Notes under the pieces: generated by a model
What the model saw: only the letters and a program-made list of their open reading frames with translations
Database searches by the model: none
What the model was told of the DNA's origin: nothing
In this document: one piece after another, positions 1-13,130 of the stretch
Numbering within the stretch: position 1 is the stretch's first letter
How the letters are laid out: the number at the start of each line of letters is the position of its first letter
Made by a program: the position numbers and the translations under genes
Source of the DNA: Octopus bimaculoides
Lineage: Eukaryota
Direction: 5' to 3'
Length of the DNA: 64,000 nt
Assembly (NCBI RefSeq): GCF_001194135.2
Contig: NC_068987.1
Coordinates: 25,886,546-25,950,545, forward strand

Positions 1-435
1 ACAACAGTTAGAAAAAATTATATCAACAAAAATAACAAAAATATATGAAAAAAGTGAGAGATATCAGATCCTATGTTTGTACTATGTTCCCATTTTTTTC
101 ATTTTTTTTTCTTGCTTCTTTTTTTTTTGTTAATCTTTCATTAATTTGAAAATATTTAACAGGAAATCATTAGGAATTTTTGTTATTTTTCACAAGTAAC
201 AAGAAAACTATTCAGATATTTTTCATTGGAATAACAACAAATAAATTGTGATATTAATTGAAATTTGATAACATAAACTATTTTAAATTCACCAAAAAAA
301 AAAAAAAAAAAAGGCTCATTTCATTGTATTTTCAACTATTTGTCAGCATAATTTCCCTCTGTAATATATTCTTATATAGTACATCATTCCATTAAGTAGT
401 TAGATAATATCTATATATTATTATATCATTATTAA

Positions 436-825
436 GAAGACGGCAAGTTGGACAAAATGTTTTGCAGCATTTTCTCTGAATTCAAATGCTGGCAAACCTG
501 ACTTTGCCTTTGCTCCCTTCAAGTTTAATAAAATAAAGTACCAGTTGAGCACTGGAGTCATTGTAATTGACTTACATCTATCCTCAAAATTGCTGACCTT
601 GTGCCTACTTTAGAGAGAATTATGTCATTATTTAGAAAATGGTAAGCTAGCAGAATCATTACCATGCTGGACAAAACACTTAGCAGCATTTCGTCCAGCT
701 CTTTATGCTCAGAGTTCAAACATCACCAGGCCCAATAAAATAAAGTTTCAGTTGTGTACTGGGGTGGATGTAATCAACTTGCCCCTCCCCTCAAAATTGC
801 TAGCTCAAGGCCAAACATTGTAACA
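436..825 (+). mobile_element. Two degenerate copies of SINE family A (tRNA-like head)
   Basis: A-box-like GCTGGCAGAATC and B-box-like GAGTTCAAA, followed by the shared GACTTTGCCTTT...GTACCAGTT body. Confidence 0.7.
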
Positions 826-1216
826 ATTATTATATCATTATTGTTGTATGTTGGGAGGGTCAAAATATTATATTAATACTTATGTTTATTAATTAATTAA
901 AAAACATATTAATTATACTTTTGGCAACATTTGGCATATAATACAAAGTGAAGGCCACATGTTCAGAAAAGTTTTCAATGTTGATTGAAAGATCTCTTTT
1001 GAAATAAATAAGGCCTGTGTGTTTAGTGAAAAGGAACAAATGAATATCAATCATATTGAGTTTTCATTGATCGGTTGATTTTTTTCTTTCGTTTTTGTTT
1101 TCTCTTTTCTTTATTACTCATAATTAAGCACACACACACACTCATACACATATATAGATATATATATACATACATCTGTATGTATATGCTATATATGATA
1201 TATGTACATACATATC

Positions 1217-1308
<92 letters not shown>

Positions 1309-2190
1309 NNNNNNNNNNNNNNNNNNNNNNNNNNNNNNNNNNNNNNNNNNNNNNNNNNNNNNNNNNNNNNNNNNNNNNNNNNNNNNNNNNNNNNNNNNNN
1401 NNNNNNNNNNNNNNNNNNNNNNNNNNNNNNNNNNNNNNNNNNNNNNNNNNNNNNNNNNNNNNNNNNNNNNNNNNNNNNNNNNNNNNNNNNNNNNNNNNNN
1501 NNNNNNNNNNNNNNNNNNNNNNNNNNNNNNNNNNNNNNNNNNNNNNNNNNNNNNNNNNNNNNNNNNNNNNNNNNNNNNNNNNNNNNNNNNNNNNNNNNNN
1601 NNNNNNNNNATATATGTTTGTGTATGTTTGTGTAAAAATACACACACACATACAAACACAGACAAGCTTACATGCATACACACACGCACATATAAATATT
1701 TTGCCATGATTATTTGAAGTGTTTTGTAGCTATAATCTGATTTGATTTCCTTTTTCTTTTATCTTTTTTTTATTTTATTTCAGTTGTGAAATATCTTTTC
1801 TATCAATATTGCTATGACAGAAAAAAAAAAAAGGTTCAAAGCAAAATAATTTAAAAGTTTGACAAAGAAAAATTATTCAATAATAAAATAAAAATATTAG
1901 CACTAGTATCAAAAGTAAAAGACAAACATATGTTTAAATTTTTAGAAATATTTAAAAAGAAGAGAGGAATAATTGCTGATATTCTTTGGTTGAAACTGAA
2001 TTCAGAGAACTATGGTAGGGTATCATTTTAGAAAACTAAGAAATAATGAAAGAAAGACAATAATTACATAAGGAGCCAAAAAGATAAGAAAGGATGAGCA
2101 AGATAACAGGATTTTAATGGTAGGATGGCTTACGACTAAAATATTTTGAATTTGAAAAAGAAAGTCATGGGTTAAAATGTTCACAAGAGA

Positions 2191-2226
<36 letters not shown>

Positions 2227-2228
<2 letters not shown>

Positions 2229-2815
2229 GGTGGTGAGCTGGCAGAATCATTAGCATGCTGGGTGAAATGCTTAGCAGTATTTCACCTGTCACTGCATTCT
2301 GAGTTCTAATTCCGCCAAGGTCAACTTTGCCTTTTGTCCTTTCAGGGTCAGTTAAATAAGTACCAGTTACACACTGGGGTTGATATAATCGACTTAATCC
2401 CTTCTCGCTTATTTCAGACTTTGTGCATATAGTGGAAAGGATTATTATTATTACTTTGAAAAAGCATTGGATTGGCAGAATTGTTAGTGTCAGACAAAAT
2501 GATTTGCAATATCGTTCCAGTCCTTTATATTCTGAGTTCAAATCCTGCTGGGGGCAACTTTGCCTTTCCTCTTTCTGGGGTTGATAAAACAAAGTACCAG
2601 TCAAGTACTTTTCTCAAAAGGGTAGTAGATCAGAAGAGGAATCATTAGAGTACTGGACAAAATGCTTTGCAGTATTTGTTGCAACTCTTCATATTATGAG
2701 TCTGATTCTTGCTGGAATCAACTTTGCCAAAATACTTTTCAAGTACTATGGTCAATAATATTGGCTTACCTCCCTCCCAAGTTTCCGACATTGTGCCCAT
2801 GCTAGAATCTATTAT
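2227..2815 (+). mobile_element. Three tandem SINE family A copies
   Basis: Repeated AAGGTGGTGAGCTGGCAGAATC...CTGAGTTC...GTACCAG units separated by (ATT)n. Confidence 0.75.
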
Positions 2816-3571
2816 CATTATTTTCAGTTGCCCATAGTTAAACTTTAACCATCTAAATGAGATATGCAATGAGTATTTTGTCTGGATAAATAATCTGATC
2901 AGAAACAAAAACAAAGCATGTTGCACATAATTAGATGAAAAAGCGTATTTGCAGAGTTTTTGTCATTCAGCCAACAAATGTACTCTTATACAGTCTTTGA
3001 TGCCTTTCCAACTCAGTCTGAATGCTGTAAAATCATGCTCCTTTGTTTAATTGTAACTGGTGGTCACCTTCTCTTCACAGACATGGTAACAGCATCATAC
3101 TCATTTACTTGTAACAGATACACACTCAGAACAAATTCATAAAGCGAATGAAGACATCACTGATTATGCCATGCTTTTATATCCTCCAGCATCTTGGTTA
3201 CATTTATGAGTTAAAATTATTTCTAAAACTGTCTGAAGTGACTGACAGATATCAAACAAGTAGGGCAGACTGACTGACAAGCAGAACATTCTAATAACCA
3301 TGAACAGATGATACAATGTCGCACAAATGTCATTCACTAACACCACTTTGATGCAACATTTTTACATGTTCTTCAATTATTCAAAAGATTGCTTTTTAAT
3401 ACTTGTCAACAAGGAATGAAATGATGCACCAGAATTATTCATGGGATCAGATTACACACAATAAGACCAATTATAATATTCACTGGACCTTGACAACTTA
3501 TTCAAATATTCCACAGTTTAGATAATTGATGTTTAGCTAGCCGAGGTTTGACCATATGTAATGTGCACATA

Positions 3572-3602
<31 letters not shown>

Positions 3603-3836
3603 ATATGTATGTATATTTATGTATTATAGATAGGTATGTCTATATATATATATATATACACATACATACATAAATACAAATACATATATGTATATATTGT
3701 GAATATATACATATTATACATATGTATATATATATATATCAATTATATACATACATATATGCATGTGCACATATGTATGTGTGCGTGTGTGCGTGTGTAT
3801 GTATGTATATATGTATAATTATGTATTATAAATAGG

Positions 3837-3880
<44 letters not shown>

Positions 3881-4265
3881 CATACATAAATACAAATACA
3901 TATCTGTATACAGCATGGCCGCAGCTCTGAGCTGAAACTTTGAAATAAAAATACATATATACATATTACACATATGTATCTATATATCATTTATATACAT
4001 ACATATATGCATGTGTCTGTGTGTGCACACACGCCCATGTGCGTGCATGTGTGAGAATATGTGTGTTTATAATAGTTTCATGTCTATGTGCAGAGGAATC
4101 CCCTTAGCAGATAAGATACACACTGAACCTCCCATTAAAATCCAGACGAACATGAAAATATTTATTACTCGTTTCCATTTTCCTTAGCCCAAGACTAGCA
4201 TTTGTCGTTTAATAATTAACACAACATCCTCTTCCTGAATCATCCTTGCTTAACGATTAATTAAT

Positions 4266-4299
<34 letters not shown>

Positions 4300-5003
4300 N
4301 NNNNNNNNNNNNNNNNNNNNNNNNNNNNNNNNNNNNNNNNNNNNNNNNNNNNNNNNNNNNNNNNNNNNNNNNNNNNNNNNNNNNNNNNNNNNNNNNNNNN
4401 NNNNNNNNNNNNNNNNNNNNNNNNNNNNNNNNNNNNNNNNNNNNNNNNNNNNNNNNNNNNNNNNNNNNNNNNNNNNNNNNNNNNNNNNNNNNNNNNNNNN
4501 NNNNNNNNNNNNNNNNNNNNNNNNNNNNNNNNNNNNNNNNNNNNNNNNNNNNNNNNNNNNNNNNNNNNNNNNNNNNNNNNNNNNNNNNNNNNNNNNNNNN
4601 NNNNNNNNNNNNNNNNNNNNNNNNNNNNNNNNNNNNNNNNNNNNNNNNNNNNNNNNNNNNNNNNNNNNNNNNNNNNNNNNNNNNNNNNNNNNNNNNNNNN
4701 NNNNNNNNNNNNNNNNNNNNNNNNNNNNNNNNNNNNNNNNNNNNNNNNNNNNNNNNNNNNNNNNNNNNNNNNNNNNNNNNNNNNNNNNNNNNNNNNNNNN
4801 NNNNNNNNNNNNNNNNNNNNNNNNNNNNNNNNNNNNNNNNNNNNNNNNNNNNNNNNNNNNNNNNNNNNNNNNNNNNNNNNNNNNNNNNNNNNNNNNNNNN
4901 NNNNNNNNNNNNNNNNNNNNNNNNNNNNNNNNNNNNNNNNNNNNNNNNNNNNNNNNNNNNNNNNNNNNNNNNNNNNNNNNNNNNNNNNNNNNNNNNNNNN
5001 NNN

Positions 5004-5252
5004 CATCATATTGGTATCCCTTATTATTCTATTATTGTCATTCTGTTTTCAGCATCACATTTTTTATATTTCCAATATCATATTTTCTTAACTTCACACC
5101 ATCACCAACATCATATTGGTATCCCTTATTATTCTATTATTGTCATTCTGTTTTCAGCATCACATTTTTTATATTTCCAATATCATATTTTCTTAACTTC
5201 ACACCATCACCAACGTCATATTGGTATCCCTTATTATTCTATTATTGTCATT
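5004..5252. repeat. 105-bp tandem repeat, at least 2.4 copies, running into a gap
   Basis: Unit CATCATATTGGTATCCCTTATT...CACCATCACCAA starts at 5004, 5109 and 5214. Confidence 0.9.
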
Positions 5253-5919
5253 GCAAATTTTTTATATGATGTTCCAGTTAGACATCTATCTACTTAGTGG
5301 TGGTTGGTCTTACATGAAGAGTTGAACTTCGAATGGAATGTGTTTATGTCCCCATAACTTAGCAGTTCAGTAAAAAGATATCGATATAATAAGTACTAGG
5401 CTTACAAAGAATAAGTCCTGGATGGTTAATTTCTTCAACTAAAACCTTTTAAGGCAGTGCTCCAGCATGGCTGCAGTCAAATGACTCAAACAACTAAAAC
5501 AATAAAGGAATGAAAAATATGTAATTATAAAAATATATAGGATATTTTTAAACATTGAATGGATTAGAGGAACCAGTAGAGTAAAATAGGAACCGAAAGG
5601 GTCCATAGGTGAAAAAGGGTTGAGAACCACTGAATCTAAAGGCAAAGGGATCGATAGAACATTGTGGAATTGGTGCAAGGCTTTACTTGACAGAAGTATT
5701 AAATGAATTAATTTTGATCAACTGTTTAGGGATTAAGTTGCGAGATGTATCTATACAACAGCATGTGTGTCCATGGTGATAAAACGTTTGTTTCCAAACA
5801 CATAATTCTGGGTTCAATCCCCCTGTGTGACACCTTGAGCTTGTGTCATCTTACTTTAGCCCTGAATTGACCAAAGTCTTGTAAGTGGAGTTGGTTGACA
5901 GAAATTGAAAGAAACCCAT

Positions 5920-5950
<31 letters not shown>

Positions 5951-6431
5951 GTGTGTGTGTGTATGTGTATGTGTGTGTGTGTGTTTCGTGCTTTCTCCGA
6001 TGTATATATGCAAAGGTCATGAATATCAGTNNNNNNNNNNNNNNNNNNNNNNNNNNNNNNNNNNNNNNNNNNNNNNNNNNNNNNNNNNNNNNNNNNNNNN
6101 NNNNNNNNNNNNNNNNNNNNNNNNNNNNNNNNNNNNNNNNNNNNNNNNNNNNNNNNNNNNNNNNNNNNNNNNNNNNNNNNNNNNNNNNNNNNNNNNNNNN
6201 NNNNNNNNNNNNNNNNNNNNNNNNNNNNNNNNNNNNNNNNNNNNNNNNNNNNNNNNNNNNNNNNNNNNNNNNNNNNNNNNNNNNNNNNNNNNNNNNNNNN
6301 NNNNNNNNNNNNNNNNNNNNNNNNNNNNNNNNNNNNNNNNNNNNNNNNNNNNNNNNNNNNNNNNNNNNNNNNNNNNNNNNNNNNNNNNNNNNNNNNNNNN
6401 NNNNNNNNNNNNNNNNNNNNNNNNNNNNNNN

Positions 6432-7243
6432 AATGCTCCCACACTGCTATAGAGAAGCATCTTCACTAAATGGAAAAGGTTCAGAAGTATGCTTTAAGTG
6501 ACAACAACAAAAATCAACGAGTCACAATCTCCACTGGTTTGCTTGCTCGTCACCGCTCAACCCATGGACACAAGCAACGATTTCTTTACTGAATCGTTAC
6601 TGGCGACGAAAAATGATGCCTATACATCAATATGAAGCAGCGTAAGGAATGGCTTAGCCCCGGTAAACAAGCGACACCGCGCGTGAAACAAGATCTTCAT
6701 CTGCGTAAAACGATGTTGTGCGTATGGTGGGACTGAGAAGGGATTATCCACTACGAATTGCTTGAACGGGACTAAGCGTTCAACACGAAACTCTATGTTC
6801 AACAGATGGAACGACTCAACACGGCTATTCAAGAGAAAAGACCTAATCGGCAGCATGGAGTTCTTCTGCTGCACGACAACGCCCGCCCTCATATCGCCAA
6901 TATGACCAAGGAAGCCATTCAAACGCATGGCTGGGAAGTGCTGCCACACCTGCCGTACTCTCCTGATTTGACACCAACGGATTTCCACCTCTTTCAAGTG
7001 CTATGCGCGGTGTTTCGTTCAATACTGATGCAGAATTGAGAGCTTGGTTGGATCAATTTTACGAGCCGAAATCGGGCGATTTCTACCAACGAGGTACTGA
7101 AAATCTTGTTGAACGTTGGGAAGAAGTTGTAAGCAACAAAGGTGAATACATTAATGATTGATTAGTTGTCATTTTTTATTAAACCTTTTAAAAAATTTTA
7201 ATTAAAAAAAAAAAACGGCGGTAACTTAGTTGCCAACCCAATA
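6432..7243 (+). mobile_element. Mariner (DD34D) transposon, 3' two-thirds, pseudogenised; 5' part lost in or before the gap
   Basis: Translates to IVTGDEK*..., CVWWD*EGIIHYELL, LLHDNARPH, HLPYSPDLTPTDFHLF with stops. Right TIR ...AACTTAGTTGCCAACCCAA followed by TA. Confidence 0.93.
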
Positions 7244-7647
7244 TAATTGGAAATATAGTAAACTAATGATTAGTACAATGGAAACCTATAGCCAATGGCG
7301 TTATTATCCATAAAATATGCTATATATTTAAAATGAACAAATACCACTGCTTCCTGTAAGCTTACCTTCAACTACCAATGGCTTCATGTGGAATAGGGCT
7401 CCAGCGACTAATAGCAAGTTTTTGGCACCTTCCTTCCTGGGCCTCTCGGTCAGTATAAAATCAACACACCTGACAGCCAGCAGTCACAGAGAGAGAGAGA
7501 GAGAGAGAGAGCTTTGGGGGCGTAGCAGAGACGATTGACAGGCGACGTGGCGAACAGACACGGACAGCGATTGAACCTAGCCGATATCATCATGATGAAC
7601 TATACCCAGCAACATAATGACTAGCAATAACTTTTCAAATATTATTT

Positions 7648-9261
7648 TGTAGTGGCGCGAAATTATAGCCGCCATTGAGGAAGTACTATTGCACTATCTT
7701 TTCCAAGATTGTTCTGGTTCGCGCTTATCACCAGATTCCAGTTAATCCAGAGGACATTCCAAAAACTGCCATCACTGTTTTGAATTTCTTTTTATGAGCT
7801 TCGGTCTGCGGAATGCGACAAGCACTTTCCAAAGATTTATAGATGAAGTTTTTCGTGGACTTGAATTTGTATTCGCCTATGTTCGATGACACACTCATCG
7901 CTTGTGATACAAAAGGGAATCATCTCCACCATTTGTCGCAACTTTTTCAGCGACTCTGCGCATATAATGTGCGCACTGTCTTCTAAAACAGACAAACTCT
8001 CTCCTCGTGCTTTCCGTCACCTGGACTATATTTCACAGTCATTTGCCAGGGAAGCAGAACATCCCTGCTGATGCTCTTTCGAGAGTCCCTGTCAGTTCTA
8101 TTTCCTCTCCTGCAACAATTGATTTACTTGCTATTTCGCAGGACCAACCTCTTTTGTCGACGTTAGATTTAACTTCGCCAAAATTCAACAATTGTAAATT
8201 TGCCTATCTTCCCACTCCCTTCATCAAAAGGCTCTATATTGTGTGACACATCCACCGGTTCTCCTAGGCCTTTAGTACCTGAGAACCATCAACGTTCTGT
8301 TTTTTATGCCCTTCATTCCTTGTCACATCCGGGCATCTCTGCAACAGTAAAACTTGTCACTGCTCGGTTTTTCTGGCCAACATGCGGCGATCAATTACCA
8401 CTTGGGCACGCTCTTGCATGACGTGCCAGAGTGCGAAAGTTCGTGCCCCACTCGGACAATTTCCTTCTCCAGAGGCCCGTTTTCGCCATATTCACCTTGA
8501 TTTGGTTGGACCATGGCCTGTGAGTCGCGGGTTCTCATATCTCTTAACCTGTGTTGATCGCTTCTCCCGCTGGCCAGAAGCCATTCCTATAACAGATATT
8601 ACTTCTGAGTCTATTGCACGAGCTTTCGTTTCTGGCTGGGTTTCTAGGTTCGGCGTGCCGTCCAGCTTGACTACGGATCGTGGCCGACAATTTGAAGCAG
8701 CATTATTTCGTGAGTTATCACGAATCCTGGGGGTGCATCATATACGCACCACCAGCTACCATCCCGCTTCTAATGGAATGGTGGAGCGTTTTCATAGGCA
8801 ACTAAAGGCCGCATTGCGCGCCTCGCACAATCCGCAGTCATGGACTGAATTTCTTCCTGTTGTCCTACTTGGATGCAGGACTGTGGTTAAAGCAGACCTT
8901 GGTATATCTACAGCCGCATCTTGTTTCAGACGCCCACTACAATCCTTTCCTTCTTCGTGCTACGCACTCGGGGGGGGGGGGGCATTGTAGTGGCGCGAAA
9001 TTATAGCCGCCATTGAGGAAGTACTATTCTGCGCATGCGCAAGGGACTTCACCACCGGAAGCCCCTCGAGTGCGCATGCGTAGTAAAACTAGTGCTTAAA
9101 GAGTGAGTTTCATTTTCTTAGGGAGTTGAGCGAGAGACCTTCGACGTGACAACACCTCGCTCCTCCACGAAGCACTTTTCACCACAATGCTATCGATATG
9201 ATAGCTATTTACTCCTCTGGCAGGCATCAAGGAAGCTCTTAACCTTCCAATACCAATTACA
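7648..9261 (+). mobile_element. Multiply deleted Ty3/Gypsy LTR retrotransposon (RT, RNaseH end, integrase; 43-bp 5' LTR stub, PPT, 3' LTR)
   Basis: RT motifs (AYHQIPV..KTAI, FGLRNA, YV-DD), [32 protein letters not shown]...TDRGRQFE...[18 protein letters not shown]-run PPT at 8970-8982. Identical 43-bp TGTAGTGGCG... at 7648 and 8986. The 3' end of the LTR (ATTACA, 9261) is tentative. Confidence 0.92.
8382..8930 (+). pseudogene. Gypsy integrase core (rve) reading frame
   Basis: ORF-track 8382-8990 contains D-x-D-x35-E-type integrase motifs; frameshifted upstream and truncated at the PPT. Confidence 0.9.
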
Positions 9262-10099
9262 ACTTAATCAGCGGCTGCTAAGCTGAGTGACTCAGGATTT
9301 GTAATAACCAAGCATCATCGAAAATAAAACTTATTTTATAATGTTGTTAAATTGTTCTACTGTTCCTTAAGATATAATTATGTTGAAAGGTGATAGAGAG
9401 AGACTAATGTCTCTATGACAACTATCAAACTTTTACAATTTCAATTACAATAACATCCAAACTCTCCCAACAGTTATGGTAATACTATTTCAATAACATT
9501 TAAACTCTCTCAACATTTGTCATAATACTATTTCGGTTACACCAAGCACAACAACATTCAAACTCTCTCAATCAGAAATAAAGTTTGTTCGTAAAAATCT
9601 CAGCAGATTTCGACGTTCATTTTCTATGTACAACTTTTGACCTCCGATGCTAGAAATAACAGCCAGCACCCAACAGCTAACAGCCAGCTAACAACATTAA
9701 CAATCATATACAGCTTCTAGCAGTTAGCTATCAGCTCATGCAGAGCTTATAGCCACAGAAGAAGTACTACACGCATTTTATCCGATGCTCAAACAATTCT
9801 GACAACGCACTACACTCAATCAATTGATAAGAAAACCAACTTGAACCAGTGAGAGAGTATGCATCGGATTTTTCAATGTGCTAAAAATAGCAACTAAATC
9901 TCTTTAAATCACACCCTACCATCTCAAAAAAACAAAGAACGCATTTAACAATGTACTCCTACATACAATGAAAAGGATTCGGTACACGGTAATTCTTTTA
10001 AAGCGAAACAATTGTTTCATTTTATGCTGTGTCTTGAAGATTTACTCGGAATAGTTATGACGTCACCCACACCACACAGTCTACCAGCGATGGCAATTC

Positions 10100-11060
10100 A
10101 GCTGGCTCTCTAATGCTCTCTAAGTGAAAGCTAACTGCTGTTTGTTGCCTGTCACTCGATCGTGAATTGCTAGTAGATATCATAAACTTTGATTTATGGT
10201 TACGTATGAGAAATTATTTCCCTCAATCGTGAGCAGCATAAATATCCAATACTTTCGAGGAATTGATCTATATGAATTTACCAGGTCAATCCAGACAACT
10301 TGAAAGTCATTTCTTCCCTTCATGACATGCAGAATGGAACACTAACTTGTCTGACCGTGATCAAGTGAACCTGGGAAACTTGCGCTACAAGTTTTCTGTA
10401 CTAACATGTCTATAAGCCCATTCAATGCAAAGCACCTTACCATCTTTCTACCTTGAGAAGTGATATAGGACAGAAGTGGTCAACTGATGATGTCTTCTCG
10501 ATAGACTCATGGAAACTTTCTGTCAAACAACAGTTATGCAGTTTCTTCTGTTCATACTCATTGCATTAGATTCAACATTACTATGGCCGCCAGAGCAGTG
10601 TTTGTAAATGTTTTGAGATAATATTGTTGCCAAGGCAGAAATAATATCTTTGCGGAGTTGGCCTCAGACATCAGACTACGCAGAGCCCTTAAATTCCGTT
10701 TCCAAGACTAACTCAAGGTTACTCTCCTCCGCTGTTCTATTGACCCAAATACCTGGGAGACAATCACCAAGGACCGTCCAAAGTGGCGGCATGTCGTCAA
10801 GGGAACAGACTAGATAGAAAATAATAGAGGTCATGAGGCAAGGATTAGACGTCGAAGACACAAAGGGAGATTTGCACTTCCTCGTCCTCCGCCAACCGTA
10901 CAATGCGATAAATTCCCCCTGACTCTTCTATACTGCCGTTGGCCAGAATAGCCACCTTATGCACCAGTACCATTCGCACCTATCAGGATGAAGAGGTTCA
11001 ATCGATCGCTACAGGTTTACTACTTGGATACGAGTTAACGCCGACGACAGATGCCAAAGC
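10100..11060 (+). mobile_element. Degraded RTE-clade LINE fragment (RT remnants to C-terminal end)
   Basis: Translated remnants NPDNLKVISSLHD, IFAELASDIRLRRALKFRFQD*LKVTLLRCSIDPNTWETITKDRPKWRHVV and SHLMHQYH, typical of RTE ORF C-termini. Confidence 0.7.
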
Positions 11061-12566
11061 AGCTGCGGAAGCTGGTTAAATGGGTAACTGATATTTTGGT
11101 TAGACTGTGTGTCGTTCCCTATATTAAAACCAAGTCACCATGTGAAGTTTTTAATGAATCCGTTTATTTACATAAATACATGCAAAGATTAGTTGACGAG
11201 AGTATTAGGCTGAATGCCAGTAGACAATAAGGCCCCACAGTGCTCACACAAATTCTTAATAGAAGTCTTCCATTCTCTATATTTTTATTTTTATTTAATT
11301 TATTTTATTTTCTTACTAACTCCCTCTTTTCAAGCAAAAATTTCTTAATCTTTAGCTTTTTAGTCCTAGCACTACCCTCTTGTTTTCTTAGATGAAGTCT
11401 TGTAGGGCTGAATTTATGAAATTAAGAGGACACTCGGTTGCAGTGTAAATTAAGTTCAGTCTCTTAACGCTGCTGACAGTGTTATCCTGATGGCGGATAT
11501 ACAAATGGATGGCAGCAGATGAAAAACTTGCCGGACCATAGGAGATTTCGAACCACAGAATGGCGGACTAAAGAGGTTTACTACATATATGTCATCAAAT
11601 TAAAGTCATGGGCAACTCTGGCCTTCATGAAAACTTTTCTGTAGCGAAAATAGAACATCTTGCAGTCGCTACTCCTATCTGTAATATCCTAGGATTGATT
11701 TTTGCGTTAGTAAACCTACTCTGAAGGACGTAAGGATGGTTCTGTTGGGACTCCAGACCTACACAATGTAGTGGCATTCGACCAGATCGTCTGGCAACAG
11801 AGGAGTAGGTTGTAGTTGAGGGTCATATCACGAGGTATTAATAATAACGATCAAAGACGATTTCAGATTTCAAACTGTCACAGCTATTGTCCGCCAAAAC
11901 AGCCGTAGAAAGTATACACCACACTTCTATATGTTTAACCAAACTATAAACTTCACCAAGATTCTGGAATGGAAAGCGGGAAAAGTTGTTAGTTCTTTTT
12001 GAAGACTCTGGAAAGGTTGTTAGTTCTTGCTGAAGACTCTCCGAGTCTCTAGAAGGAAGATTGACTCCAAAAGTGCTCTATATCGTACTCAAGTGTTAGT
12101 GTGTTTATCTATTAAACTATTTCTTTACAAACTATATGTTTCATTCACAAGTTAATATCAAGCAAATGCAAAAATATCAGGATACTTAGTTAATAACTAT
12201 AAAAGGAAAGTTTGATAATTTTCATCTTAAGACCGATATTTTTTTTTAGCATTATAAATTCCAGGTAAGAAGTTCACCTCAGTCTATAATGTTCAGATTC
12301 CGAAATGTTGATAGGAAGAGGTAAAAATAGAAGAAAAGAATTATTATCTTCCTAAAAAGGCTTTTACCTAATTGGGTTGTTCTGATTTTCAAAAAACTTT
12401 CGTTTGAGAAAAAATAGGACGAGAGGAATTGTTAGTAGATAACGAGGAGATATAGTGCATGGGTTGTGTATGTGTGTGTGCGTGTAAGAGTGAGAGAGAA
12501 TGAGAGAGAGAATGAAAGAAGGAAAGAAAAAAAAGAAATGTAGTATTTCGCTCTTGTTAAATACTG

Positions 12567-12570
<4 letters not shown>

Positions 12571-12641
<71 letters not shown>
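12571..12641. repeat. (GA)n microsatellite
   Basis: Directly visible. Confidence 0.98.
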
Positions 12642-12644
<3 letters not shown>

Positions 12645-12934
12645 GGAGAAACAGACAGACGGAAACAAGAAATTATGGGGAGGAGACAAAAATACAGGTA
12701 CCAAGTGAGTGCGTTGTTCTAGTAATAAGTAGCTAATCTGTCGTGGAATGATAGAAAAGCCAAATCTATTGTCTAGACAAAGCTTATTATATTCCAATAA
12801 ATGAAGTTAGATGAAGTTATGTTTAACTTTTTTTATATCCTTGCTTTGTATATTTAAGTTGTTCAGATAAATAAAATGTGATTGGAAGATACCTTGAAAG
12901 GAAAACTAAGTGGAGTGCGATGAGAGCAGAAATA

Positions 12935-13130
12935 TTGATTTCAAATTTTAGCACAAGGCCAGCAATTTCGGCGGAGGTAAGGAGTCGATTACATCGACCC
13001 CAGCACTCAACTGGTTCTTATTTCATCGACCTCGAAAGGATGAAAAGCAAAGTCCATCTAAATGGAATTTGAACTCAGAACGCCGCTAAACATCTTGCCC
13101 GGCATGCTAACGATTCTGTCAGTTAACAGC
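12935..13130 (-). mobile_element. SINE family A
   Basis: Reverse complement of the family A consensus (ATTTGAACTCAGAAC, CGACCCCAGCACTCAACTGG). Confidence 0.8.

Noticed and set aside
2830-3540. Unique-looking stretch as a host-gene exon
   Set aside because: Stops occur in the frames I translated and I saw no recognisable motif; probably an old TE, but unassignable.
1047-6501. Long ORF-track entries rich in X, YI, CV, HT (here and throughout the window)
   Set aside because: They are read-throughs of N-gaps and (TA)n/(CA)n/(GA)n/(AAT)n microsatellites, not genes.
11400-12110. Possible LTR/integrase remnant with a short duplicated GTTGTTAGTTCTT..GAAGACTCT motif
   Set aside because: No convincing protein motif, TG..CA pair or TSD.
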